DNA of 48,222 bases from the NCBI GenBank assembly GCA_002104905.1, contig MCFE01000668.1:1-48222 (forward strand), written 5' to 3'. Below, piece by piece: positions 11,180-23,811 of this stretch (positions are counted from its first letter, which is position 1; each line of letters opens with the position of its first letter). The notes beneath the pieces are model-generated. The model ran no database searches and was not told the origin of the DNA. It saw only the letters and a program-made list of their open reading frames with translations. The stretch comes from Basidiobolus meristosporus CBS 931.73 (taxonomy: Eukaryota > Fungi > Basidiobolomycota). Made by a program: the position numbers and the translations under genes.

Positions 11180-11613
11180 TCTTGCAGGCATTGGAGAGGA
11201 ATCGACAAATGGATGAGGGCCTATCATCCACCATTCTCATGATCACCAGTATGTGTGCTGGCCAAGATAATGTGAAGCGCCTCCGATGAAGTGTGGTCTG
11301 ATACAGAAGGTCAAGTCCCCCAGGGCTATAACGAACTCATTGGTATCACTTACTTCCAATGAAGGCCACATTAAGCCGTACAGCTGGTATGCAATCGATT
11401 TCCAAATGAGTGCAGAAATGAACACTCCCTTCTAGAACCATCATCCATGGCTCCTGGGATTCCATTGGCTCTGTTGGCCTGAGTAATAGATAGCCTTTGG
11501 ATCGCACAGACCTTGCGATTTGGCTAGAAATAGGAGCGAAATCTGGATAAAGGAGGAATCAGATGTTTTAATGGCGGTGAATCCTGCTCATTCACCATGG
11601 CTAGAGTGAAGCC

Positions 11614-11660
11614 GATCGATGTGGTGGGCAATCTCAAAAATTCCTCATTTCAAGATCGAT
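11614..11660 (+). promoter_or_regulatory. Two GATCGAT motifs (candidate White Collar-type elements) upstream of the C2H2 gene at 11845
   Basis: GATCGATGTGG at 11614 and GATCGATGG at 11654. Function is inferred only. Confidence 0.3.
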
Positions 11661-11796
11661 GGCGGGTTGCATGTGAGGTACAGTCATCGGATGATTGAAG
11701 GGACTCCCATTTGAAAACCATAGTTATGATACCTGGTTAACTCCATGAATCCACTCGCTGTAGCTTTTAACTGGATTTCCCGCCTCCGCCGTGGTC

Positions 11797-11804
11797 TATA
11801 TAAA
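11797..11804 (+). promoter_or_regulatory. TATA box of C2H2 gene C
   Basis: TATATAAA ending ~40 nt upstream of ATG 11845. Confidence 0.55.
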
Positions 11805-11844
11805 GTCCTCGACATCAACACCGGATTCCATCATTTGTCTGCCC

Positions 11845-12336
11845 ATGGATCTGTGTTTTCTGCTTAACCCCACGCCACTGCGCACGCCCATATCCTCCAT
11901 CGAAAACCCTTTCGGTACTCACAGGATATGCAATTGTCCTTGGGTTGGTTGCCACAAATCCTTCAAGCGCAACTCCGAGCTGATTCGTCATGAGCGCATC
12001 CACACCGGAGAACGACCCTACGAATGTATCAAGTGTCGAAAGAGGTTCATTCAACGCTCGGCACTCACTGTTCACCTAAGAACGCACACGGGAGAGAAGC
12101 CCCACCACTGCACCTATCCCAACTGCGCCTTCTCCTTCACCGACTCCTCCTCGCTGGCCAGACATAGGAAGAGTCACTATGGCCTGAGGCCATTCAAATG
12201 CCAGTATCTGGGCTGCGACAAAGCATTCACTCGAAGACCCGCTTTGCTTAAACATCAGGCCAAGCATTTAAGCAACGCATGCATCTCCCCACCCCGGTTG
12301 CCGATGCCATATCACATGGAGATCCCAGTGGACTGA
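11845..12336 (+). CDS. Four-finger C2H2 zinc-finger transcription factor (paralog C), ~163 aa, intronless
   Basis: Four C2H2 fingers with TGERPY/TGEKPH linkers; helices RNSELIR, QRSALTV, DSSSLAR, RRPALLK; start MDLCFLLNP. Confidence 0.9.
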   Translation: MDLCFLLNPTPLRTPISSIENPFGTHRICNCPWVGCHKSFKRNSELIRHERIHTGERPYECIKCRKRFIQRSALTVHLRTHTGEKPHHCTYPNCAFSFTDSSSLARHRKSHYGLRPFKCQYLGCDKAFTRRPALLKHQAKHLSNACISPPRLPMPYHMEIPVD

Positions 12337-12886
12337 TTCATAGCCAACCCACGATCACATCACCTGGCCCAACCAACCGGTCTTGCTTTCACCTGTTTAA
12401 TCCCATCATGGCCCAGAGTATACCCCTGTATAGTGAAATCCCATTCTATCCACGTGTAAATCCCATACCATCCTCGCGTTTCCGAGCCATCTCGAACAAT
12501 AAATGCGTGTATTTTTTCCTGGCATATATCAGTCCCAACATATGGCGTCTACCATCGCATCTAGCGTATATAGCGTATAGCATCTATCACGGCTTCGAGA
12601 GGTCTTTTTATTCAGCATTTCTAAGGTGGTATACACATGGGGAGTAAACAGCCGGGGTGGCGATTAAAGAGGAGCATATCAAATATGTACACTGAATGTA
12701 GGCTCAAGAAGGACTGGAAGCGACGGACTGTCAGTGAGAGGATCACCCTGTTTTTGGTTAGAACGTAAGATTCAAAATTCCCCATGACGTGGGTGATTGT
12801 CATGTCCAAATAAATCGGTCCTGTACATTCCTACATACACGAGTTCAATTCCAGCCACCACTACTACCTACCGGGGCGTGTGGGTT

Positions 12887-15472
12887 TCATTCGACCTTGG
12901 TTGCATGCAAGGTTTTGGCGTATTCTATATGATTGGCATTACGTTAGCGCTCGAGTCATCAACCAAACATTTGCTCACTTACTTAAACCGCACGAGTTAC
13001 AGAGAGTCCTTGGACCCAGTGGACCCCGACGCCATTCGGGGGAGTCTTTGCGTTGGCACATGGTGCAGCAATTGTTCATTGGTGCCGATCTCTTTCTCTA
13101 CATGGGGGGGGGGCTGGAGTCAGTTAAATGCACATTCATTACACACTATAGGATAACATACGCGACGTTTGTTCGAGGTAGCCAGGGTATCCAGCTCCTC
13201 TCGTAGTGCACGGTTCGCGATCTTCAACTGGTGCAACTCGTATTGCCAGTTCGTTTTGTGCTCGAGGTTGAGCAGGGAGAACACGTTGTCTTCGCTCGTG
13301 GAGACCTTGTTGGTTTGAGGGGACGGTGCGGAGGAGTCGTTGGAACTGTCGGAATTCTCGTCCGAGCAATCGTACTCGCGGGTTTGTGACAGGATGAATG
13401 TGGGTTTCCCGCCGATGCTGGTGCTTCCGGGGTAGAAAGTGGTGATGACATTGATGTACTGGCCTTTTTTGTTTTGGATGTTGTGGGCTAGCTTGACTGT
13501 TATGCCCTGCTCGGCCTGCTGGAATGCTCTGGTAAGGGCGGTGGTTCGATCGGACCGCACCAGCTGATACAACGATGTTCCTTCCAACTCCGACGGTGGA
13601 TGGCCCAGCACGTCCTCACACGCCTTAGTCACGAATAGTATCATCCCGTCAAGGTACAGTTTGCACCAGAACTCCTTGTCATTGAACCCGCCGCAGGTCT
13701 CAATAATTTCTCGAGAAAGGTTGTACACGGGCCTGGGTCTTCCGGTTAGAATCGCGTATTTCCGGCTTTTGCTCTTATCCAGATGAAGTCGACCTTGCGC
13801 TTCAAACCACATGTATCCTGATCTCTTCCGCTTGATTCGGTATATCATGCTGATGGTATCTTCGGATGCCTCTTTCAACTCCCGTAGTACTGGGACCAGA
13901 TCACTTGGCTCGCAAATGTCCGAAAGTGGGGTGCCAACCAACTCCCCCGGTCTGTACTCGAGAAGATCCTCGCATGATGGAGAACAGTACAAAAAGATCC
14001 CCTTCAGCGAAAGAACATGAACAAAATCATCGGATTCTTCCAATAGCATGCTGTTCCACATCCTCATCGCGACCTCCTGATCCACGGTCTCGGAGATCCC
14101 TAGGATTTTGTAGACCTCGCTCGAGATGGGGAGTTTGTTCGTTACGGGTCGTGTGTTGATCTGGCCAAGTTCAACTGGTGCGGAGTGGAGGATTCCTATG
14201 AGATATGTAAATACAGGACCATGGAACTATGCCCGCCGGAAGTGTCCTACCTGAGCTTAGAAGAGTACTGATGGAGTTGGAAGCGGAGGCAAAATTCTCC
14301 AGGTAGGTGCCATCTAAACAAACAGGTTAATTCGTATCAGTGAGCACACTCCCCAGCTGGAGCATACCTCGAATTTTCCCGAGGATCTCATGTGGCTGCT
14401 CTACCAGATCCTAAACAAACGCAACGTTTCAATGGATGATTTTCGATAATTCTCGCAATCGGTCTCCTTACCACTTGGAAGCCGACAAAATGGGTGACTT
14501 CATCGCCGTGCATGGAGATCGGGATAATCGTGAGCAGGTTTACGAATGGCTAGAGCATGACTGCGTTAATAGGTTTGGGACCGGGAGTATCTACGAGATA
14601 AGTGCACTACCTGACCACCTTTCTTGTAGTTCACCATAGAGACCTGGATCTCCTTCCCTTGTAGGATGGAATTTTTGATGCTATACACGGTGGAGTTGTC
14701 TGTATGTCGCCTCCTGGACCCCAGAGTGACTTGTCCGTCGGGCGCTTGCAGGAATCGGCAATTCCGCCCGATGGTTTCGTGGTATTGATAGCCGGTCAGC
14801 CTCTCAAAAGATTGGGTCGCATACACGACCGGGAAATCGTACTGACGAGCGTCGGCTGCGAAAAAGATGGTGAGCTATCGACGAGACCCTACATGACTGA
14901 AAAGGAAACTTACAAACGACAAACGCACAGCTCATGTCCACGGGGCCGATGTTGATCTGGGGGTTGGGTCTACAAGTGAGGGTGTTAGTGACCGGGTCGG
15001 GTTGGGCCGGGCCTGCTGAGCTGACAGCAACTAACCTGTTCGCGATCTTCGACTATTCAAAAAGAAATACATGAAAAGAGACCTATTAGTGATTCCATTC
15101 GAAAGCCAACGTGGTTGATACATCACAATGCCACATTTAATGGTGAGATAGGGGAATGTGAAGCTTATTGCAAGCACGCCTTACCAGAATGGTTATCATA
15201 TCAAACCCAGTCGTCGAGTACATTCCTGAAAATCCTAGCGACTCACCCTGGCACAAGGTGTCTATGCCCACAATCGAGTCAGTGTGTTGAGCTTGCACCA
15301 TATGATAATCATTATTCAACCGACCTGAAAGCTGATCGCGATCTGTGTACCCTATTGGGTCTACCACATCCAGATTGAGGAGGTTCATCCCGCCCCCATC
15401 GTCGTGATGGAGTCCCATTACAGGTGAAGTCTCTTGTGTGTAGTTGACAGCCTGGACAGGGCCGGTGAACAT
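12887..15472 (-). CDS. wc-1: White collar-1 blue-light photoreceptor/transcription factor (LOV-PAS-PAS-GATA). Exons 15472-15185, 15052-15036, 14969-14914, 14855-14611, 14549-14472, 14410-14368, 14313-14251, 14195-13162, 13097-12983, 12924-12887; ~658 aa; true start may lie further upstream
   Basis: [36 protein letters not shown]; [11 protein letters not shown] with downstream N, N and Q flavin contacts; two PAS domains; NWQYELHQL coiled coil; GATA finger CTMC-x18-CNSCGLKYAK. All nine introns are GT-AG and phase-consistent. Confidence 0.94.
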
Positions 15473-15588
15473 GTTCGGGATGTCTATGATGTTTGGCGGA
15501 TCATGTGGGAGATGGATGTCAGGTGTGACCGTTACATGTGATACATCCGAGGAGGGAACCGAGTCACTACGATGAAGAAAAATCGTTA

Positions 15589-16897
15589 GATCGATGTGGC
15601 CAACAATACTTGGTGAAAAAGACGGAAGTGGAAAGGATAGGTGGGTTGGGGGACAACATCGAAATCGAAATCGACTGAGATCCCGAATGTCTATACCTAA
15701 TCAACTGCGAAATCCGACCGAATAAATGCTTGCAAAGCAACTCTTTCAGTTTTTCAAACTCTAACCTTTCGTAAGGCGGGTTGGGTCGACCTGGGGATTG
15801 CTTCGCCGAAACGGGGGGGCCATGCGAAATAGTTGGGACACTCGAATATCTTATAAGAAACTCGCTACTTACAATTCGACCGGTCTTTCAGGGAAATTCA
15901 GCGTGGCCATATGTTTGTTTCCCATGGTCTCGCTCGGTAAGTATTGTGGAAGAGCGTCGTTGATTAGATGGCTTGGGTCGGTGGCCAAGTTTTCGGGCGC
16001 TACTGGATACACGTATCCATTGAAAGGTTGAGTGTTATTTGACATAACAACTCTGATTTGGGAACAAGCAGTTGCTTAGTGTACGATAGAAGGTGTTGAA
16101 GTTTTCTCAATCGACCACTTCACAATCGACGTGAGAAGTAAAAGGATCTGTTGTTTGAAGGCACTGATTCGGCCTGTGTCTGGTAGGATAGTTTGGTTGC
16201 GAGCTGTATCTCACTATAGTCTCAATCTACAAGTTTTACTTAAAGCTAGTCCGACTAAGTTTGTTCGTAACTGGAGGTAGAGAGCGAATATATTTCTATT
16301 CAATAAAGTAACCAAGGGAAGGTACTTCTGGTTGGAGAGGATGAGTGTAATAGTGAAGGAACCATACTTGCCCAGTGGATGCCTCATATATTCCTCAACC
16401 AAGATTTGGTGACAATAAAAATAAGGGTTTGACCCAGTAAGGATCATTTAACTATGGATATGAATCACAAAAGATATGGTCTTTCTGATGGAGATTGCCC
16501 ATTGTACTGGAGAAACTGAGGATTCCCTCATCAATAAGAGTATTACTCGATCGATTCTCACCCTAAATCATGCCGCTAAAATAGGACTTCCCCTGTCCAA
16601 ATATGGTAGCTCAACCCTAACCCATTCGAGAATCACAGTTGTTGGAATCGATCGGCTTCTACGAAATTTCTGATCTGTCGCCACTGATGGTAGCATATCT
16701 GCCCCAAATGCTCCATGAGCCGATGATGTAACATTGCAATGAACTGTCTGGGTAGACTGGCTGATTGATACATGGTCCCTTGTTCATACAATGTCCGATC
16801 GATTTGCAATAGGGCATCGGCACATCACCATTGCTTCTTAGTGATTGAATATTCGAATTGGTCCTCATTTTAGGTCGATTCTTCCCATTCTTCGATC
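15589..16897. promoter_or_regulatory. Cluster of GATCGA(T) motifs on the 5' side of wc-1
   Basis: GATCGAT or ATCGATC at 15589, 16549, 16647 and 16797; TCGATC at 16892. Confidence 0.3.
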
Positions 16898-18658
16898 TGG
16901 ACAGTCAGCATCGAAATCGGCGCTTGAAGGAATTCCCGCTGATATGTTGATAATGTCCACCATTCCATCGAGGTCGAACTTATCACCGCCGATTTGATGG
17001 ATTGCGCCTAAAGACAGATCCTGCTTGCATGTTCTGCTTGGGCTAGCAACCAAGCAAAAGCAGCCAAGCGCGGCCGACTTATGCACATGGTCGTTTACTT
17101 GGGTGTATGTAGTAGGATGGTGCCGATTCCTTGTAAATGGCTCGGGTATTTGGCACCTTGCCCTCCTCGACATACATACAGGTCCCGCTGTGATCTTCAA
17201 CGCTAATATCCCAATTATCTAGGCTCCGACGCTCTAACGGTAATACAACCCATGGCACCCCAGTTCACTGCGTACTCATGGTGTTTGGCTGGAAGTGTTG
17301 GGCGCAGGTTCCGAAAAGTAACCACTAACAGGTATGGATTGGAGTCAAGGTGAGGTTCTGAGTTGAATCATGAAACGCCCATCAACATTGATGCTCTATA
17401 CCGGGGATTGCCTCCATTCGAACAAGAGATGATACCCGTTTCAGCGTAATTGGTAAGTGCTCTGAAGGTTGTTTCATGCTGGTGCTTTCTGCGTAGCACT
17501 TCCTATAATTAGATTCATTCGGCACAAGGAATACCTCTCTGATTGGTCGGCTCCCACTTGATCAACATGAAGTATGGTAGATCATGTCTTGAGCCACCCA
17601 TGCATCTACTGATAAAACTAGTGAGTGCCGAATGCAATTCTCAAGCTGATGCAACTGGTAAATGCCGAAAGAAATTCTTGAGCTGATTCCGAGGATAGCT
17701 GCTTTTCAGGGAGTGATTTGGGATTCTATGGAGTTGCCAATGTTTGTGCCTCCCCATAATAGCATTGCATGTTATGCTGCTAGACGAGGAGAAAACGATC
17801 GCGATTTTATGCAGTTTGAATCAACGGTGTCACTGTTCATTGGCACGCTAATGTATATCTACAAAACCAAGGTTATTAGAGGGTAGCCACGCATGCTAGA
17901 CATCAACCTATATGCCAGCTCGAATCATGTGTCCAGGGTATATCACATTCGCATTATCGGTTATCTGGCGTACTCACCGCCGTTTTAATCCGATAATGGG
18001 TTTCGAAGGCTTGGCCCTCAAGAAGACGCTTGTTTCGGTGAGAGCATTTGATCATGCCAACCGCCGAGAATCTGACCCTGCCTAGGCTGATTGCCAGGCA
18101 AAAAAATTCTGGCCAGCTCCGCTGATTCAGGATCCTGAATAATCTCACTATGTACGGACTGGCGAGACTAATTGGCCTAGCACCCTAACCCATCTTTCGA
18201 GGAGGGACTCTTTATTAACCTATCTAATACAGCCGATTCACTAGCGAACTCATCTCATGTGTGTGCTTTGTAACGAATAGGCAACTCATGCCCATTATTC
18301 TGGACGATGCCAGATACTAATGGGGTTCAAAGCCCAACCGAATTGATGATGTTCGAACAATTCCTTAACCATGTTTAGATCATATTGATTATTGACCTGA
18401 TGGATCCACACAGCAGATGTTTGTTGTTTCTCCTGGGTGATATTATGGTCATGCAATCATTTTGAGCAAAGGGAAGACAGAATATGTAGGTGTTTTTTAG
18501 AAGTCGGTTGAGTGGTAGTCATAGTATATAAGCCCACAGAACACAGTTCAACATTGCTAACAACTGTGTGCAGTATACTCATTTTGTATTGCAAGGGATT
18601 TGTGTATTGTCAGCTATTTGAAAGCTGATTATCAGCAAAGTATACATAATGTATGTAT

Positions 18659-18992
18659 TGTTGCAAGATTACAAGGAGTATTGGAAGTGATTCGGATAAC
18701 TGGAAGAGTTGCATGATACTCACATGCTGCATTGAGTTCAAATAGAGGATTTACACTTTTAGGGGAACTTCATAAAACCAATAATCAGGATGCTTAAAGA
18801 AAGGACCCAGCAAGTGGCGGGCCAAGTTTGGGGGCTTTTGCAGGAGTTTGAAAAATCTTGATAACTAATCCTAAGAATTGGCGAAAATCTTTCGAGCTAA
18901 ACCCCAAGCAAATAAATCACAATTTAGCAATGAGCCAAATAGAACCTTGAAGTAAATGGAATGGTTTAGGTGTAAACCAAATATAAACAATA
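18659..18992 (-). mobile_element. Old solo LTR of the same copia lineage as the element at 43404-48087
   Basis: Starts TGTTGCAAG..TATTGGAAGTGATT, has internal CAAGTTTGGGGGCT and ends TTTAGGTG..AACAATA, colinear with the 349-bp LTR. Flanked on both sides by ATGTAT (18653-18658 and 18993-18998). CpG-poor. Confidence 0.7.
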
Positions 18993-19906
18993 ATGTATAC
19001 ACTAAGATTCACTCATTGTGCTTCTTCAATCAAAATCAGAGATCTTTGATTCATATCTGACCATCACCCAATAAAAACTGAAGTTTGAAAAAAAGGCCAA
19101 TTCAGCCTTGCAGTTGGCATTGCCAGATGAATTCAAAACCACCAAACAGAGTTGCTGATCTATATGAATCTGGTGGATTGATTAGAGATTCGATGCTAAG
19201 CCTAAGCGATACGGAGTTTAGATTCCGGTGGGCTTACTGGCTACAGATGATTGATATCGAGTTTCGCACTTATGGCAGCAGTCAGTACAAACTTTTTCCC
19301 CGAAACATTCAATATGTATTGGATCAGGCGTAGAAATCTGGATTAATCCGTGCACTTCATCTGGTATCTGCGTCACGTTCGACAGCCAGCCTTCGTGAGC
19401 AGGGCTTGTGCTGGAAATGCTAGTGTATTCCTGAAATTCCACTCAGTACCACAAAAAGGAGTCGATGCGCTGGATAGAGGGGATTTCTATGGTCTCAGGA
19501 GGACGGCCTTTTGTAGATTACATTCCAAAGGTCACCATACGCAATGGTCCAATTTCATCGACAATATAATAGCCCGATCGTGATGAATGCAACTGCCGAT
19601 GATGAATGGTAACGCAGGGCCCGATCCAGGATTTGCGAGCTCGTGGCGATTCGTTTGCTTGCTGATCGTTTAGATCGGTGATATTGACCCATCAGCCGAT
19701 AGAAAAGTCAAGGGAACATGGGATGTATTGTGATTCGGTTTATTGTAGGAAACGTAGGAATGTGTACATTATTTGTTGGTGGATAGCTGGCGCTATTCAT
19801 CTCCCCCCAATTATAACTACAAGGAAGAGTATATGCAATATTTACAGGTTTCCAGGCAGATAGCGTATCGGAAGTAAATACGTTCAACGTGAATCATTTG
19901 TAAAGA

Positions 19907-20467
19907 CTACGCAGATATCATACTTGGCAAGTATGTCGAATGCTCTAATTCGTAGGTGCTGGCTACTTGGGGAGATGTTGACTGTTGGATACCTACGTTA
20001 TGCTTCTGTTGATGTTTAACCAAGGTGGTTCGGCGTGTGAATGACTTTCCACATCCATTGATGCGGCATTCGTATGGCCGAATCCCATAGTGGCTTCTCT
20101 TGTGTCGTGCAAGTGATGATGAATCTCCGAATGAACGCACACATCCTGGATAGTCACAATGGTGTGGCCTCTCACCGGTGTGTGTGCGGAAGTGAACAGT
20201 CAGTGCTGATCGCTGGATGAATCCCTTGCCGCACTCCTTGCAACTGAATGGCCGCTCTCCCGTGTGGATCCTCCAGTGACGAACAAGATCAGAGTTGCGA
20301 CGGAATTGCTTGTGGCAACCATCCCATGAGCAGTGATACCCTTTGGCTCCGGTGGAGTGGTCATCACTGTCGGAGCTACAGCTCTTGCTCGAGTCGGAAT
20401 ATGTGCGATATGGGTGGACTGTGTTGTCTAGCGTGCTGGTTGGATTGAGAATGAAGCCCAGATTCAT
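19907..20467 (-). CDS. Four-finger C2H2 transcription factor (paralog A), ~186 aa from MNLGFILNP
   Basis: Four fingers with helices RNSDLVR, QRSALTV, DSSSLAR, RRTTLVK; canonical linkers. Confidence 0.9.
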   Translation of the reverse strand: MNLGFILNPTSTLDNTVHPYRTYSDSSKSCSSDSDDHSTGAKGYHCSWDGCHKQFRRNSDLVRHWRIHTGERPFSCKECGKGFIQRSALTVHFRTHTGERPHHCDYPGCVRSFGDSSSLARHKRSHYGIRPYECRINGCGKSFTRRTTLVKHQQKHNVGIQQSTSPQVASTYELEHSTYLPSMISA

Positions 20468-21720
20468 TGCGGTTGGATTCTTTGTGTGGAAGCAAGGTTG
20501 GATGGTGTCCTCGTGTGCAGGCTGATCAGATGTTTGGCAATTCGAGTGATGTATGAATGGCTTTAGGGCCACCTCGGTGGTCAGTGATCAATTTATAGCT
20601 TTCCAAAGCGATGGAAAACTTGCTCCTCATAGGCCGGTGGATCTGGAATCTCTGAAGATGAAGCAAAGAATGACGTAGCTATCGAGCTGAATACATAGGG
20701 TTGGTGTTGAGCATCAAACGATTCCCTGTATAATTGCCGATCCACAGCCACTGAGTATGTGAAGTCAACTACATTTCGATGTGGGTTGTGTAATGCGATG
20801 AACGTCGAGCCAATGGGTAGGCAAGGCTCCAGAATCGGCGCCTTGAGATTATATAATCGTATCGTGGGATGCCGATCTTGAATTCTGTTACATATCCAAT
20901 ACAACGATCAAACAAACTAGCTATAGAGAGATTGGCGCCTACAGTCGATTGAGGCACTTGGCATACACTCCACCCATTCAAGTCCCTACATTCAGTTTAT
21001 CCTCCAGGAGTCAATATTCCCATGCCTTAGAGATGAAACCCAATTCGCCGTTGCATGACGTAGCTAATCCGGGAGCAGCGAGTGCTTGCCGATGAGAAGT
21101 CAGAGATGATAAAAATTTGTTTGCATCAACTCTGTCGAAGGTCGGAGCGCCGATAATTTTCATGCTGCCCTTGCATTGAATTCTTACTACATTTTTTTTT
21201 AATTCCCTTACATTATTGGTGATACAATCTCCTCAGCGCAGGCCTCGATATAGATATTCAAGTTGATGAGTTTCAGGAGTAATTACTGTTTCTAGCCGCC
21301 TAAATCTGAACAGGAAAATGAGTCATTTCACTGGTTTTGGGCACCACGGCTCATACATTGAAATCTATATTCATCAAAGGCTTGGGGTTCGAGTACGTGT
21401 GACCCTCCTCGGTGTGGCATTCATCGTGGCTCTATTGGTTGGGAGGCGGGAGGGAAGCGTGCTCGAAAGTTCGACAATGAAGATCTTGACTTTATTACAC
21501 AGCATGTGGCTCTTTCCTTTTACAATATACAAGTGTCCACCACCACCACCATTACTACTACTGCTACTGCTACTACCACCTCTCCTCCAAACCGCCCTAT
21601 GCTATAATGCTACAGACAACTCACCGAGTGCGAGTGATGCTGCTTTTATCGGACTCGCCAAAGCCGATGACGAGATCCGTGGGTCGGCCAAGAAGTCAAG
21701 CCATTGAGCATCACCCCCAG

Positions 21721-22275
21721 TCACTTTGCCATTCCTAGCATGGGTGGGACACGCCACATACTATGCTGCTTCTTCTCGTGTTTCGTCAATGCACCCTTTC
21801 TTGTAAAGGATCTTTGACACCCCAAGTGTAGGCAGGTGTAGGGCCTCAGACCAAGATGGCTTTTCCGGTGACGAGTGAGAGAGGATGAGTCACCGAAGGA
21901 TTGCCCACATCCTGGGTGTTCACAGTGGTGTGGCTTCTCGCCTGTATGGGTGCGCAGATGAACAGTCAAGGCTGAGCGTTGAATGAACCCTTTCCCGCAA
22001 CTGGAACACACATATGGCCGCTCACCAGTGTGTATTCTCCTGTGGCGAATCAGCTCAGACTTTCGTTTGAACTGTCGCACGCACATCTTCCACTCACAGA
22101 CAAAAGGTTCATGATCACTGGAGGGGCTGAGTTGGCCAGGATCGGGCGTAGGGTTTTGATCATCGGTTGATTGTGTATGGAGCGGAGATACGATTATCTC
22201 GATAGCAAGTGGTGAGGGGGGCGGTGTGGGCATGTAGCCAAGTATGAAATGCAAATCCATAGGGTTTCTTTGCAT
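21721..22275 (-). CDS. Four-finger C2H2 transcription factor (paralog B), ~184 aa
   Basis: MQRNPMDLHFILG start; helices RKSELIR, QRSALTV, DSSSLTR, RKGALTK. Confidence 0.9.
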   Translation of the reverse strand: MQRNPMDLHFILGYMPTPPPSPLAIEIIVSPLHTQSTDDQNPTPDPGQLSPSSDHEPFVCEWKMCVRQFKRKSELIRHRRIHTGERPYVCSSCGKGFIQRSALTVHLRTHTGEKPHHCEHPGCGQSFGDSSSLTRHRKSHLGLRPYTCLHLGCQRSFTRKGALTKHEKKQHSMWRVPPMLGMAK

Positions 22276-23811
22276 GGTCAAGGGTGTGTGGGTGTTGTCG
22301 CTCAGGATGGGGACGACGCCGATGCCGATGTTGATGTTGATGATGTTTTTTCCGATGTTGTCACAACAGTAGTAGTAACAGCTATTTCTTAATACGGAGG
22401 TGGTTTGTGTGCGCTTGTGTTTCCTGGTTGATGTGGATATGTGTGTGGCAATATATAATAGTTTGATGGGATGCTGAACTGCGCACCAATGGATGATTGG
22501 GAATTAGCAGGAGAATTGATGGATCTAGGATATGGTAGATGGTCAGTGAGCCGGGGTATATATATGCCATCAACCAGAGACTCAACCACATTCCAAGGCA
22601 GCGGTATCTGAGCGATGCTGCGTGGAGGGGTAGGAGGGTAGAATAGAAGCGATGGAAATATACAGGGGGAGACTGGTGAAATCGGATACAGTAAATGGTG
22701 AACTCGTATCGAGCGATGCTAGCGCAATTGAACGATCCATTCCCTCCGCCCCTCATCTGCCTAGCATCCTGCGATTCAATGAAGCTGGATAATGTCCAGC
22801 GCAACCAATCAGATGCCACGCCGATTTCGCTTCAGAGCTAGGTTGGCGATATCGATCAGACATCACAACTATCATGGCCGATGGTCTTCTCCAAGCTGAT
22901 CACATTTTGCATCGCACCAGGAATCACCCAATTCTTAATAATTAAGTATTCATATTTGCAGGAGTATTGACCTGATAATAGATTAATGCCATAGCATATT
23001 TATTCACTGGCAACATTCTTTACCGAGGACTAGATAGTAGCTTTTAATAGAGCCTATGCAACAATTTCGCATTGGATTGGTCTATATTTGGTGGGTATTT
23101 AACAATAGGCAACTTCTACGGTCACAACTGTTTAACCACAGCTTATAACGAGCATTGAGTGATTCCTGATGCGATGCAAAATGTGATCAGCTTGGAGAAA
23201 ACCATCGGCCATGATAGTTGTGATGTCTGATCGATATCGCCAACCTAGCTCTGAAGCGAAATCGGCGTGGCATCTGATTGGTTGCGCTGGACATTATCCA
23301 GCTTCATTGAATCGCAGGATGCTAGGCAGATGAGGGGCGGAGGGAATGGATCGTTCAATTGCGCTAGCATCGCTCGATACGAGTTCACCATTTACTGTAT
23401 CCGATTTCACCAGTCTCCCCCTGTATATTTCTATCGCTTCTATTCTACCCTCCTACCCCTCCACGCAGTATTGCTCAGATGCCGCTGCCTTGGAATGTGG
23501 TTGAGTCTCTGGTTGATGGCATATATATACCCCGGCTCACTGACCATCTACCATATCCTAGATCCATCAATTCTCCTGCTAATTCCCAATCATCCATTGG
23601 TGCACAGTTCAGCATCCCATCGAACTATTATATATTGCCACACACATATCCACATCAACCAGGAAACACAAGCGCACACAAACCACCTCCCGAATTGAGA
23701 AATAGCTGTTACTACTACTGTTGTGACAACATCGGAAAAAACATCATCAACATCAACATCGGCATCGGCGTCGTCCCCATCCTGAGCGACAACACCCACA
23801 CACCCTTGACC

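Noticed and set aside
16600-17460. Possible spliced minus-strand gene (e.g. DNWDISVEDHSGTCMYVEEG...)
   Set aside because: I could not build a phase-consistent exon chain or recognise a domain; unresolved rather than excluded.
16612-18192. Isolated CCCTAACCC telomere-like units (~16615, ~18183)
   Set aside because: Single units are expected by chance; there is no array.
21318-21707. Antisense ORF with a hydrophobic stretch, and its mirror at 24380-24757
   Set aside because: Conserved only because of the palindrome. The ATG frame is broken by an indel in the right arm, and the Pro/Leu run comes from a microsatellite.
22382-23698. Mirror ORFs MASDWLRW... (145/143 aa) and the 295-aa extension of B'
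   Set aside because: They overlap the B/B' promoter, differ in frame at the indel near 22390/23690, and show no domain similarity.
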